Assembly: GCA_964573775.1 (NCBI GenBank)
Contig: CAZNKU010000002.1
Location: 9,286-73,285 of the forward strand
Reading direction: 5' to 3'
Length of the DNA stretch: 64,000 bases
Source: an uncultured Clostridiaceae bacterium
Lineage (GTDB): Bacteria > Bacillota > Clostridia > Monoglobales > Firm-18
The notes under the pieces are model-generated. The model had not been told where the DNA came from, did no database searches, and saw nothing but the letters and a program-made list of their open reading frames with translations. Made by a program: the position numbers and the translations under genes. How positions within the stretch are numbered: the first letter of the stretch is position 1; each line of letters opens with the position of its first letter. Positions 1-9,189 of the stretch are shown piece by piece.

Positions 1-1
1 T

Positions 2-835
2 ATTGTACCTGCACCTTATTGGGTAAGCTATACTGAAATGATTAAAATGGCAGACGGTATTCCTGTTATTATAGAAACAAAGGAAGAAGACGACTTTAAG
101 TTTACTGCACAGCAGTTAAAGGATGCTATTACTCCAAAAACTAAGGCTTTGGTTTTAAACAGCCCAAGTAATCCTACGGGTATGCTTTACAACGAGGCAG
201 AACTTCGCAAAATTGCAGAAATTGCAGTAGAAAAAGACATTTTTGTTGTAGCTGATGAAATTTATGAAAAACTTATCTATGACGGTAAGGAACATATAAG
301 CATTGCATCATTTAATGAAGAAATAAAAGACAGAACAATTATAGTAAACGGTGTTTCAAAAAGTTATGCAATGACAGGTTGGAGAATTGGTTTTACTGCG
401 GCTAATGCCGAGGTAACAAAGGCTATGGCAAATATGCAGAGCCACGCAACATCTAACCCAAGTTCAATTTCTCAGGCAGCTGCATTGGAGGCGTATGTTG
501 GCGAACAGGATACTGTTGAAGAAATGAGAAGGGTTTTTGAGCAAAGACGTAACTACATGGTAGAACGTATCAACAGTATTGAAGGTGTTTCATGCAAAAT
601 GCCTGAAGGTGCATTTTATGTAATGATGAACATCAAGAATGTTTTAGGCAGAGAAATCGGTGGTAAGGTTATAAATACATCAGATGATTTCTGCGAAGTA
701 TTGCTTGAAAAGAGCCTTGTTGCTCTGGTACCGGGTTCAGGATTTGGTTGTGAGGGTTATGTAAGATGGTCTTATGCCACAAGTATGGAAAATATCGAAA
801 TGGGTCTTGACAGACTTGAAGAATTTTTGAAATAA
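2..835 (+). CDS. Class I/II aspartate-type aminotransferase, C-terminal part (5' end outside window)
   Basis: Frame is open back to base 2 (..PAPYWVSYTEM..); NSPSNPTG and SKSYAMTGWRIG (PLP-lysine) motifs. Confidence 0.85.
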   Translation: MVPAPYWVSYTEMIKMADGIPVIIETKEEDDFKFTAQQLKDAITPKTKALVLNSPSNPTGMLYNEAELRKIAEIAVEKDIFVVADEIYEKLIYDGKEHISIASFNEEIKDRTIIVNGVSKSYAMTGWRIGFTAANAEVTKAMANMQSHATSNPSSISQAAALEAYVGEQDTVEEMRRVFEQRRNYMVERINSIEGVSCKMPEGAFYVMMNIKNVLGREIGGKVINTSDDFCEVLLEKSLVALVPGSGFGCEGYVRWSYATSMENIEMGLDRLEEFLK

Positions 836-838
836 ATC

Positions 839-873
839 AAAATCCTGTGAAATTTTTTCATGGGATTTTTTTG
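839..873 (+). terminator. Rho-independent terminator after the aminotransferase
   Basis: AAAATCCTGTGAAA / TTTCATGGGATTTT stem (with G-U pairs) followed by a T-run. Confidence 0.55.
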
Positions 874-1036
874 TTATGGACATTTAGTAAATATTATTAT
901 ATAATAAAAATAAATTTGGACGTTATTATTTCTCATCGTACAAATGACTAACATACAGACCATCGTGCAGTAGGACAGCATGTGCAGGATGTTTCAGGGA
1001 CAAGATTATTAAAAGATATAGTTAAGGAGAATAATT

Positions 1037-2296
1037 ATGGATGTTAAACAACTTAATGCTATTATTGAAGAAAGAAAAGATGAACTTTTTAAGATACTTT
1101 GTGATTTAATAAAGATAAATTCCGAAAATTTCGGTGACCATGGTAATGAGGCAGAGTGTGCAGAATTCATACATAAGCTTTGTCAGGAAATGGGACTTGA
1201 AAGTGATTTGTATTCACCTCTTGATCTTGAGGGATTTACGGAATGTGAAGACTATTATCCCGGCAGAAATTTAGAAACAAGGTACAATGTAACTGCACGT
1301 TGGAAGGGCACAGAAGACAAGGATGAGCTTATGCTTATGGGACATCATGATACTGTACCAATAGGTGACACGGCAAACTGGAGCTTTGAACCTCTTTTGG
1401 GTGAAGTTCGCGACGGAAAGGTTTTGGGAAGAGGTGCCTGTGACGATAAATATGCTCTTGCAACAGTTATATTCCTTATAAAGGTTTTAAAAGAAAATGG
1501 CTTTGTGCCAAGAGCAAATCTGATATTTGCATCATATTCCGATGAGGAATTCGGAGGTTCTCACGGAGCTATGGCATCGGTTATGAAATATCCCTGCACA
1601 CGCATTGTGAATCTTGACGGTCGTGATGGACAAATTTGGCACTGTGCATCAGGTGGCGGTGAAATGTATTTTAAATATCACACTGTAAATACTGTTGACA
1701 GTGCAAAGCTTACTGCACAGGTTATACCTGTAATAATGGAGGAAATAGGGAATTTTGCAGATAACAGAAGCACCGAGCTTGAAGCAAACCGTTTTTACAA
1801 AGGAACAATTATTCCTTCAACCTCACTTCGGTACCTTGATGTTCATGCAGGCAATAACGGCTTTGATTTAGGTGTAGGAAGTGTAAAATTTGTATTCTAT
1901 ACCGTTAAGACAAAAGAAGAAATTTACAAAGAATTTGAAGAAGTTACAAAGAAAATCAACGAGAGAATAGAGCCTATGGGAGTTGTGGGTGACGGATTTT
2001 TCCCCGCCACAAGATTTTTCCATTACGGTTTTTGCGAGCCTGACCATGAAAGCATTAAGGATATGGTTCGGTCTGCAAAGGATGCTGTTGGCAATGATGT
2101 GTTGGTATGTGGTTCGTGCCTTTCTGATTTGTCGGTAATTTTAAAATACGGCAACAACAGTGCATACGGTTTTGGTGCAGGACGTGACTTCAGTTTGGCA
2201 GGCGGAGCACATCAGCCTGACGAGTTTATTGAATGTGACAGACTTATTAATTTTGCTAAAACTGTAGGAGCTTACTTGATTAACTTTCTTGGGTAG
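1037..2296 (+). CDS. M20-family metallopeptidase / deacylase (ArgE/DapE-like)
   Basis: AAGGAG RBS; GHHDTVP and GRGACDDK motifs typical of M20 zinc peptidases. Confidence 0.75.
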   Translation: MDVKQLNAIIEERKDELFKILCDLIKINSENFGDHGNEAECAEFIHKLCQEMGLESDLYSPLDLEGFTECEDYYPGRNLETRYNVTARWKGTEDKDELMLMGHHDTVPIGDTANWSFEPLLGEVRDGKVLGRGACDDKYALATVIFLIKVLKENGFVPRANLIFASYSDEEFGGSHGAMASVMKYPCTRIVNLDGRDGQIWHCASGGGEMYFKYHTVNTVDSAKLTAQVIPVIMEEIGNFADNRSTELEANRFYKGTIIPSTSLRYLDVHAGNNGFDLGVGSVKFVFYTVKTKEEIYKEFEEVTKKINERIEPMGVVGDGFFPATRFFHYGFCEPDHESIKDMVRSAKDAVGNDVLVCGSCLSDLSVILKYGNNSAYGFGAGRDFSLAGGAHQPDEFIECDRLINFAKTVGAYLINFLG

Positions 2297-2306
2297 GTAA
2301 TTTGTT

Positions 2307-3092
2307 ATGACAAAAATTGTTGCAACAGATTTTGACGGAACATTATACAAGCAAAGTAAAATAAGCACGGAAAATATTGAAGGCATCAAAAAATTTCGCA
2401 GTGGCGGAAATTTATTTGGCATTGTAACAGGCAGAGATTACAAAAGTCTTAAACAAGTGTTGGATAAGCTGGATTTTTCCGCATATGATTTTTTGATTCT
2501 TGGTAACGGTGCGGTATGTTGTAATGAAAAAGATGAATTTTTATTTGAGAATAATGTGGATGCAAAGATGAGGTGGGGAAGTTCCACCCTTGCAAAACAG
2601 GTTCGCAGTCGTCTTTTTGAGCTTGATTCTTATTGCGGAATATCTTTTGGCAAGGAAAATTACTTGTTTGGTAAAGATTATTCCAATGGGGGAAGTGACA
2701 GTGTATATAACTATCACTCACATAAGCTTATTGAAAGTGTTTCAGAGTTTGGCAGAATGTTCGGGCGGTGCAAAACAAATGAGCTGACCGCAAAGGCTGT
2801 TAAAATACTAGCAGATGAATTCGGTGAGGTTTTAAACCCTACACAAAATGGCATATCAATAGACATTCCCGGTGTGGGCATAAATAAGGCAACGGGCATT
2901 AGAAAATATGCTGAGTTTATGAAAGTACCTGTTGACAACATTTGGACAGTTGGCGATAATTTTAATGACATACCTATGTTTGACAGTTTTCACAGTTGCC
3001 TTATGAGCGATGGTGAGAAAAAATTAAAAAAACTGGTGGATTTTGTGTGTGACAATGTGTCGGACTATATAGAAGTTGTTTTAAAATACTAA
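2307..3092 (+). CDS. HAD-IIB (Cof-type) phosphatase
   Basis: N-terminal DFDGTL and C-terminal GDNFNDIPMF HAD motifs. Confidence 0.75.
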   Translation: MTKIVATDFDGTLYKQSKISTENIEGIKKFRSGGNLFGIVTGRDYKSLKQVLDKLDFSAYDFLILGNGAVCCNEKDEFLFENNVDAKMRWGSSTLAKQVRSRLFELDSYCGISFGKENYLFGKDYSNGGSDSVYNYHSHKLIESVSEFGRMFGRCKTNELTAKAVKILADEFGEVLNPTQNGISIDIPGVGINKATGIRKYAEFMKVPVDNIWTVGDNFNDIPMFDSFHSCLMSDGEKKLKKLVDFVCDNVSDYIEVVLKY

Positions 3093-3109
3093 ATGAATGG
3101 AGAAATAAT

Positions 3110-4057
3110 ATGAGAATTGGAATAGATATAGGTGGAACAAATCTTGTTGCAGGGTTGGTTAATGAACGTTACGAGCTTGTTGACAAGGTGGATACTCCTG
3201 CAAATGCGTCAAGGCAAGATACTGAAATTGTAGCAGATATTATATCACTTTGCAAAAAACTGATGGATAAAAACAACTTGTCGGAAAGTGATGTTTTGTC
3301 AATCGGCATAGGTGTACCAGGTTGTTATGACAATGAAAACGGTATTATTCTTTTTTGTGAAAATATCAACTTTTTAAATACTCCCATTGTCCAAATGATA
3401 CAGGCGGAAATAAATGTTCCCGTATATCTTGGCAATGATGCGGACTGTGCCGCACTTGGTGAGGCATATGCAGGGGCAACAAAGGATGCAAAAAATTCCG
3501 TTATGGTTACAATCGGCACAGGCATAGGCGGAGGAATAATAATCAATAAAAAAATTTATAACGGTTTTAACAGCTGTGGTGGTGAACTTGGACATATTGT
3601 AATAAATGTAGGCGGTGAACCATGCGGATGTGGCAGAAAGGGATGCTGGGAGGCTTACGGCTCTGCTACGGCACTTGTGAAACAGACACGCAGGGCAATT
3701 ACGGAAAATCCCGAAAGTATACTTGCAAAGCTTGCTCAGGGTGACCTTGAAAAGGTTAACGGTAAAACCTCCTTTGATGCTATGCGTGCAGGCTGTCCCG
3801 TTGGAACAGCGGTTGTGGAAAAATATGTTGAATACTTTTCAACAGGTGTTACAAATGTTATAAATATATTCCAGCCCGAAATGCTTGTTATAGGCGGTGG
3901 TGTTTCAAAAGAGGGAAGTACACTTATAGACATGATTATGAAACATGTTTCAAGAGAAAGATACGGCGAACACAACGGACTTCCAAAAACAACTGTATGC
4001 ACAGCTCTTTTGGGTAATGATGCAGGTGTTATTGGTGCGGCTTTGCTTGGGGCATAA
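3110..4057 (+). CDS. ROK-family glucokinase
   Basis: IGIDIGGTN ATP-binding start; GHIVIN..CGCGRKGCWE ROK zinc motif. Confidence 0.8.
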   Translation: MRIGIDIGGTNLVAGLVNERYELVDKVDTPANASRQDTEIVADIISLCKKLMDKNNLSESDVLSIGIGVPGCYDNENGIILFCENINFLNTPIVQMIQAEINVPVYLGNDADCAALGEAYAGATKDAKNSVMVTIGTGIGGGIIINKKIYNGFNSCGGELGHIVINVGGEPCGCGRKGCWEAYGSATALVKQTRRAITENPESILAKLAQGDLEKVNGKTSFDAMRAGCPVGTAVVEKYVEYFSTGVTNVINIFQPEMLVIGGGVSKEGSTLIDMIMKHVSRERYGEHNGLPKTTVCTALLGNDAGVIGAALLGA

Positions 4058-4103
4058 AACACAATAAAAGTCTTGACAAATTTTAGGATTTTTTGGCATA
4101 ATT

Positions 4104-4139
4104 ATATGCAGGGATTAGTTTAGTCCCTGCATATTTTTT
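4104..4139 (+). terminator. Rho-independent terminator after the glucokinase gene
   Basis: ATATGCAGGGA (4104-4114) pairs with TCCCTGCATAT (4124-4134), then T6. Confidence 0.7.
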
Positions 4140-4158
4140 GAAAAGAAGGCGCATATAA

Positions 4159-4803
4159 ATGAAAAATATGAAAATTCGTTTTCCTATGTATCTGTTGGGA
4201 CTATTTATAGTAACAATAGGAGTGGCTGTTTCTGTAAAGGCAAATCTGGGTGTTGCCCCTGTAAGCTCTATTCCATATGCAATGACTTGTGTCTGGGGTA
4301 TAGAAATGGGCAAGGCAACCATTATATTTTACATATTCCTGATACTGTTGCAGGTACTTATATTGCGTAAAAAAGTAAAATTAGCAACCTTTTTACAGCT
4401 TGCCATAGGTATAGTTTTCGGTTATTTTACAACCTTCAGCAACTGGTGTATGACATTTTTGCCCGATGTTGAAAGTATGTTTATAAGAATACCTATGATG
4501 CTTGTAAGTGTGTTTTTAATAGCCCTTGGACTATTTTTCTACATACCTGCGAATATTTTGCCCATACCGCCTGACGGTACAACTCAGAATATTGCCATGA
4601 TAACAGGTAAGGAATTTTCTAAAGTAAAAGTTATTTTCGATATTTCATTGGTTGCAGGTGCACTTGTTATCTGCCTTTTAACCATAAAATCATTGGGTAG
4701 TGTTGGAATAGGTACTGTTGTAGCAGCAGTTATGGTAGGGACAACTCTTGGATGGATAAACAAGTTTTTCGGAAAATGGCGTGACAATTTATATAACAAA
4801 TAA
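4159..4803 (+). CDS. Polytopic membrane protein, YczE/YitT-like (DUF6198-type)
   Basis: About 6 predicted TM segments; N-terminal LGLFIVTIGVAVSVKANLGVAPVSSIPY resembles the YczE-like family. Confidence 0.5.
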   Translation: MKNMKIRFPMYLLGLFIVTIGVAVSVKANLGVAPVSSIPYAMTCVWGIEMGKATIIFYIFLILLQVLILRKKVKLATFLQLAIGIVFGYFTTFSNWCMTFLPDVESMFIRIPMMLVSVFLIALGLFFYIPANILPIPPDGTTQNIAMITGKEFSKVKVIFDISLVAGALVICLLTIKSLGSVGIGTVVAAVMVGTTLGWINKFFGKWRDNLYNK

Positions 4804-4833
4804 AAAACCTCGGTTTTCACCGAGGCATTTTTT
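4802..4833. terminator. Bidirectional terminator between convergent genes
   Basis: CCTCGG (4808-4813) / CCGAGG (4820-4825) hairpin flanked by A6 and T6. Confidence 0.75.
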
Positions 4834-4836
4834 ATT

Positions 4837-5019
4837 TTATTTGCTTTCAACCGAACAGTTACAACAACTGCCGTTGCAATTAACGCTTTTTTTAGATGCA
4901 CAGGTTTTACCTGAGGGACAGCCTATACATTTAACGCCTTTTTTCTTCTGGCGTATAATATATGTAAGTGCAAGTCCTAAAATAACCAATATAATAATTA
5001 TGGCAATTATATCTTTCAT
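4837..5019 (-). CDS. FeoB-associated Cys-rich membrane protein
   Basis: 60 aa; one N-terminal TM plus a Cys-rich tail (CIGCPSGKTC..CNGSCCNC); directly downstream of feoB. Confidence 0.7.
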   Translation of the reverse strand: MKDIIAIIIILVILGLALTYIIRQKKKGVKCIGCPSGKTCASKKSVNCNGSCCNCSVESK

Positions 5020-5031
5020 ACTATATCATCC

Positions 5032-7041
5032 TTATGCTTTTGTTTTTGCTTTTAAAGCATATTCTTCATTGATATTTTTGTTTGCTTTTACTATAAGTGC
5101 AATTACAATACCGATCATTGCCGCAACTGCAATAAGTCCGGGAACAAAGCCTGAACCAAGCTTGTGTTCGGTTATAAGTGTGCCAATCTGGTATACAAGG
5201 AATGCAACTGTATAACCTGTACCAAGCTGTAATGCAATACCGCCAAACATCCATTTCTTATCCTTGATTTCAGAGTTCATAGCACCGATAGCCGCGAAGC
5301 AAGGAGGTGTGAACAAATTGAACATCAGGCAAGCCAATGCTGCTGCGGCTGAAAGTCCAAGCACTCCTGCAACGTCTGCACCTGCACCTTCTACCATAGC
5401 AAGCTCTTCTGTATCAATAAAGTTAGAGATTGCATAAACAGATGCCAATGTGCCAACAACATTTTCCTTGGCGATAAAGCCTGTAACAGCGGCTGCTGCC
5501 ATCTGCCATACACCAAAGCCCAAAGGAATAAGCAAGAATGCAACAGGTGATGCAATTGAAGCTAGAATTGAAGCATTAGGATCTTCAACAGGCTGGAAGT
5601 TCCAACCGTATCCCTGCATAATTGTAACTACCGCATTACATACCAAAATGATTGTACCTGCTTTAACTATGTAAGCCCAACCGCGTGAGCACATTGATTT
5701 GAATGCTCTTACAACACTTGGTGCCTTGTATTCAGGAAGTTCTATGATAAAGAATGACTTTCTGTTCTTGTAACCTGAAATTTTATTAACAAGCAACGCA
5801 CCTATGAAAATCAAAATAATACCTACAAAGTACATTGATGTACCTACCCATGGGTTGTCACCAAAGAATGCACCTGCAAAAAGTGCTATAACGGGAAGCT
5901 TTGCACCACATGGCATAAAGGGAGTAAGCATTGCTGTTGCACGGCGCTCTCTTTCGTTACGGATAGTACGGCAAGCCATAATACCCGGGATTGCACAACC
6001 TGTACCGATTACAAAAGGAATTACCGATTTACCTGAAAGTCCAACCTTTTTGAATATGGGGTCAAGTACAACTGTTGCACGTGCCATATAACCGCAGTCT
6101 TCAAGCAATGCAATAAGGAAATACATAACCATTACAAGTGGTAAAAAGCCTACAACCGCACTTACACCGCCAACTATACCGTCAACTACAATTGTCTGCA
6201 AAATTGGGCTTGTACCGGTCATCCAGCCGGCAACCAATTCGCCAAAACTGTCAATTACCGGGCAAAGTACTGCCTCTGCAAGCCATGGACCAAGCCATGC
6301 CTGAGAAACCCAGAATACAAACCACATTACAACTGCAAAAATAGGAATACCTACCCATTTATTTGTTATAACAGCATCAATTTTGTCCTGTGCGTTTTTC
6401 TTGTTTGTGAAAACCTTGCGTGTTTCAACAGATGCTACGATTTTGTTTACGAATTCAAAACGCTTTCTGTCTGCTTCTTCAACCACATTTTTATCATTAA
6501 GGTCGATATCGCCCTGAACGTAAGGCGCGCTCTGAGATTTACTTTTACTTTCTACAGCAGCTGCCACAACCTTTTCAAGACCTTCATCACCTGACGAAGT
6601 GGAAACTGTTTCGATAACAGGACAACCTAATTTTTCTGACAAAGCTGCAGAATCAATTTTGTTTTCCTTCTTTTTGTTAAGGTCACTTTTGTTAAGAGCA
6701 ACAACTACCGGAATGCCAAGTTCTAAAAGCTGTGTTGTAAAGAACAAGCTTCGGCTTAGGTTTGTAGCATCAACAATGTTGATGATAACATCCGGATTTT
6801 CATTTTTTACATAGCTGCTTGTGATGCTTTCTTCTGATGTAAACGGGGACATTGAGTACGCACCGGGAAGGTCAACTGCAATTAAATCCTCTTTTACGTC
6901 ACTGAAACTTTTTTTGATAAGAGCTTCTCTCTTATCAACAGTAACACCTGCCCAGTTACCAACACGCTCATTTTTACCTGTAAGTGCGTTGTACATGGTG
7001 GTCTTACCGCTGTTTGGATTGCCGGCTAAAGCAATTCTCAT
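5032..7041 (-). CDS. feoB: Ferrous iron transporter FeoB
   Basis: N-terminal G-domain GNPNSGKTT with DLPG, followed by a polytopic membrane domain; 669 aa. Confidence 0.95.
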   Translation of the reverse strand: MRIALAGNPNSGKTTMYNALTGKNERVGNWAGVTVDKREALIKKSFSDVKEDLIAVDLPGAYSMSPFTSEESITSSYVKNENPDVIINIVDATNLSRSLFFTTQLLELGIPVVVALNKSDLNKKKENKIDSAALSEKLGCPVIETVSTSSGDEGLEKVVAAAVESKSKSQSAPYVQGDIDLNDKNVVEEADRKRFEFVNKIVASVETRKVFTNKKNAQDKIDAVITNKWVGIPIFAVVMWFVFWVSQAWLGPWLAEAVLCPVIDSFGELVAGWMTGTSPILQTIVVDGIVGGVSAVVGFLPLVMVMYFLIALLEDCGYMARATVVLDPIFKKVGLSGKSVIPFVIGTGCAIPGIMACRTIRNERERRATAMLTPFMPCGAKLPVIALFAGAFFGDNPWVGTSMYFVGIILIFIGALLVNKISGYKNRKSFFIIELPEYKAPSVVRAFKSMCSRGWAYIVKAGTIILVCNAVVTIMQGYGWNFQPVEDPNASILASIASPVAFLLIPLGFGVWQMAAAAVTGFIAKENVVGTLASVYAISNFIDTEELAMVEGAGADVAGVLGLSAAAALACLMFNLFTPPCFAAIGAMNSEIKDKKWMFGGIALQLGTGYTVAFLVYQIGTLITEHKLGSGFVPGLIAVAAMIGIVIALIVKANKNINEEYALKAKTKA

Positions 7042-7154
7042 AATAAAATCCTCCTTTTGTAACAGACTATATCTGAAACAGTAATTTGTTTTAAGTTAGC
7101 GGCGACTAACTGTATATTTAAATATAAGACCGATAAAATCGGCCGTTTATATTT

Positions 7155-7385
7155 TTAGATTATAATAGCCTCTGCAAGCTGATTATCAATGTTGTATCTG
7201 CCGTCTTTTATGGAAACTACACAACCGCTTTTGCGGCGTGAAATAACAGTAATTGCTTCACCGCTGTAGCAACCTAAAGAAAACAGAAATGCGTTAAGAT
7301 CTTCATCGTCTGTGTCAATATCTTTTATGATATATTCTTTTTCCTCAATAGCTTCGGTTAAGTTCATAATCTGCCTCGATTCCAT
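7155..7385 (-). CDS. feoA: FeoA-family protein (true start possibly the ATG at 7367)
   Basis: Small SH3-like FeoA-sized protein directly upstream of feoB; GAGG RBS favours the second ATG. Confidence 0.8.
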   Translation of the reverse strand: MESRQIMNLTEAIEEKEYIIKDIDTDDEDLNAFLFSLGCYSGEAITVISRRKSGCVVSIKDGRYNIDNQLAEAIII

Positions 7386-7418
7386 AAAAAAGTTAGTTTC
7401 ATTTAACTACCGATAGTT

Positions 7419-7447
7419 AGTTTAACATAACTAACTCCAATTGTCAA
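7419..7447 (-). promoter_or_regulatory. Candidate sigma-A promoter of feoA-feoB
   Basis: Minus strand reads TTGACA-N17-TAAACT; overlapped by the perfect 8-6-8 palindrome at 7415-7436. Confidence 0.45.
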
Positions 7448-7464
7448 TATTTTCTTGCAAAAAA

Positions 7465-7508
7465 AATTTAAAAAATACACTTGGCTTAACCGTCAAGTGT
7501 ATTTTTTA
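7465..7508 (-). terminator. Terminator after the SASP gene
   Basis: ATACACTTG (7475-7483) / CAAGTGTAT (7494-7502) stem flanked by A- and T-runs. Confidence 0.7.
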
Positions 7509-7520
7509 CTATTTAAAATG

Positions 7521-7712
7521 TTATTTCATGCTGTTTTCGTAAGCTTCGATCATCTTTTTAACCATCTGACCGCCGATGCTGCCTGCCTGACGAGAAGTCA
7601 AGTCACCGTTGTAACCTTCTTTTAGGTTAACACCAACTTCACTTGCAGCTTCCATCTTGAATCTGTTCATAGCCTGCTTTGCTTCAGGTACTACATGTTT
7701 GTTGTTAGCCAT
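7521..7712 (-). CDS. Alpha/beta-type small acid-soluble spore protein
   Basis: 63 aa; KMEAASEVGV and LTSRQAGSIGGQMVKKMIE are SASP signature regions. Confidence 0.9.
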   Translation of the reverse strand: MANNKHVVPEAKQAMNRFKMEAASEVGVNLKEGYNGDLTSRQAGSIGGQMVKKMIEAYENSMK

Positions 7713-7851
7713 TTCTACTACATCTCCTTTGCTTTTATAGTTTAACTTTTTTCAAGTTACAGTCATATTTTTTGCAAAGGCGTATTTTATATACTGTTAA
7801 TTTTTGGACAAATAAAAAATATGATTTTATTATTTTTTTGATATAAAAGTA

Positions 7852-7880
7852 TTGCATTTAATATTTGATTAGAGTATAAT
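7852..7880 (+). promoter_or_regulatory. Sigma-A-type promoter of the glycan operon
   Basis: TTGCAT (7852-7857), 17-nt spacer, TATAAT (7875-7880). Confidence 0.6.
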
Positions 7881-7970
7881 TATTATGTATAGATATAGGC
7901 ACTCGACAGCATTTTTCAAAAAAAGGGATTGGAATGCTGTTTTGGTCGTGCATTAAAAATTAAGTAGGAG

Positions 7971-9185
7971 ATGTTATTTGTGAAGAAAAGGAACATACCT
8001 TTTTCGCCTCCGGATATTTCGGATTTAGAAATAGAAATGGTTACCGAAGTTTTAAAAAGTGGTTGGATAACCACAGGACCCAAGACAAAACTTTTTGAAA
8101 AAGCCATTACAGAATATTGCGGTACTTCAAAAGCAGTATGTTTAAATTCTGCTACTGCGTGTATGGAAATGGCATTGAGAGTTATGGGAATTGGTGAAGG
8201 CGATGAGGTTATAACCAGTGCATATACATATACTGCAAGTGCAAGTGTTATCTGTCATGTGGGTGCAAAGGTTGTTATGGTTGATACTGCAAAGGACAGC
8301 TATCAGATGGATTACGGCAAGCTTGCTGATGCAATTACCGAAAAAACAAAAGCAATTATTCCTGTTGATATTGCAGGAGTAATGTGTGATTATGATAAAA
8401 TATTTGAAATTGTTGAAAACAAAAAACATTTGTTCAACCCAAATAACGATTACCAAAAAGCTTTGGGAAGAGTTATGGTTCTTGCAGATTCTGCGCACGG
8501 CTTTGGTGCAGAATATAAGGGCAGAAAAAGCGGTTCGGTTGCAGACTTTACAAGCTTTTCTTTCCACGCGGTTAAAAACCTTACAACAGGTGAAGGTGGG
8601 GGTCTTACATGGAATTCAATAGACGGAATAGATGATGATGAGCTTTACAAAAAGTTTATGTTGCTTTCCTTACATGGTCAATCTAAAGATGCCTTGGCTA
8701 AAACACAGCTTGGGGCATGGGAATATGATATTGTTGCACCGTACTTTAAGTGTAATATGACAGATATTATGGCTGCAATAGGTCTTGCTCAGCTTGAACG
8801 TTATGACGGTATGCTGAAAAAAAGAAAAAGACTTATAAAAATGTATGACAGCGGACTTAAAGACCTTGGTTTTGAAAGTCTTGAACACTATAATGATAAT
8901 GTTCAGTCCAGCGGACATTTGTATCTTACAAGAATTACAGGTAAAGACAGTGATTTTCGTAATGAGTTTATAATTAAAATGGCAGAACGTGGCATCGCAT
9001 GTAATGTGCACTACAAACCTCTTCCTATGCATACTGCATATAAAAATCTTGGATTTGACATTAATAATTATCCTAATGCATACAATCAGTTTGCAAACGA
9101 GGTTACTCTTCCTCTTAACACTCTTATGGCAGAGGAAGATGTGGAATACATAATAGAAAATATCAAAGAAATAATAGAGGGTTGA
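7971..9185 (+). CDS. DegT/DnrJ/EryC1-family sugar aminotransferase (PglE/WcfR-like); start may be the GTG at 7980
   Basis: IPFSPPDI start, SAH..AVKN PLP-lysine region, 404 aa; AGGAG abuts the ATG, so the GTG 9 nt downstream is plausible. Confidence 0.85.
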   Translation: MLFVKKRNIPFSPPDISDLEIEMVTEVLKSGWITTGPKTKLFEKAITEYCGTSKAVCLNSATACMEMALRVMGIGEGDEVITSAYTYTASASVICHVGAKVVMVDTAKDSYQMDYGKLADAITEKTKAIIPVDIAGVMCDYDKIFEIVENKKHLFNPNNDYQKALGRVMVLADSAHGFGAEYKGRKSGSVADFTSFSFHAVKNLTTGEGGGLTWNSIDGIDDDELYKKFMLLSLHGQSKDALAKTQLGAWEYDIVAPYFKCNMTDIMAAIGLAQLERYDGMLKKRKRLIKMYDSGLKDLGFESLEHYNDNVQSSGHLYLTRITGKDSDFRNEFIIKMAERGIACNVHYKPLPMHTAYKNLGFDINNYPNAYNQFANEVTLPLNTLMAEEDVEYIIENIKEIIEG

Positions 9186-9189
9186 TTTA

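Noticed and set aside
876-1036. 160-nt leader upstream of the M20 peptidase with repeated CATCGTRCA / GTGCAG words, considered as a T-box or riboswitch
   Set aside because: I could not find T-box specifier or T-box sequence, or any known aptamer core. The pairing potential is weak.
4073-4102. TTGACA-N18-CATAAT promoter-like site lying just upstream of, and overlapping, the glucokinase terminator hairpin
   Set aside because: The -10 is poor and the spacer is 18 nt. The predicted start would fall inside the terminator stem. It may drive the downstream membrane-protein gene, but support is too weak to call.
5066-7084. Many 60-95-aa ORFs on the plus strand inside feoB, with similar ones inside the ATPase, pot genes, the glycan operon and elsewhere
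   Set aside because: They are antisense or off-frame shadows within strongly supported long genes. They have low-complexity or odd composition, no RBS and no recognisable motifs.
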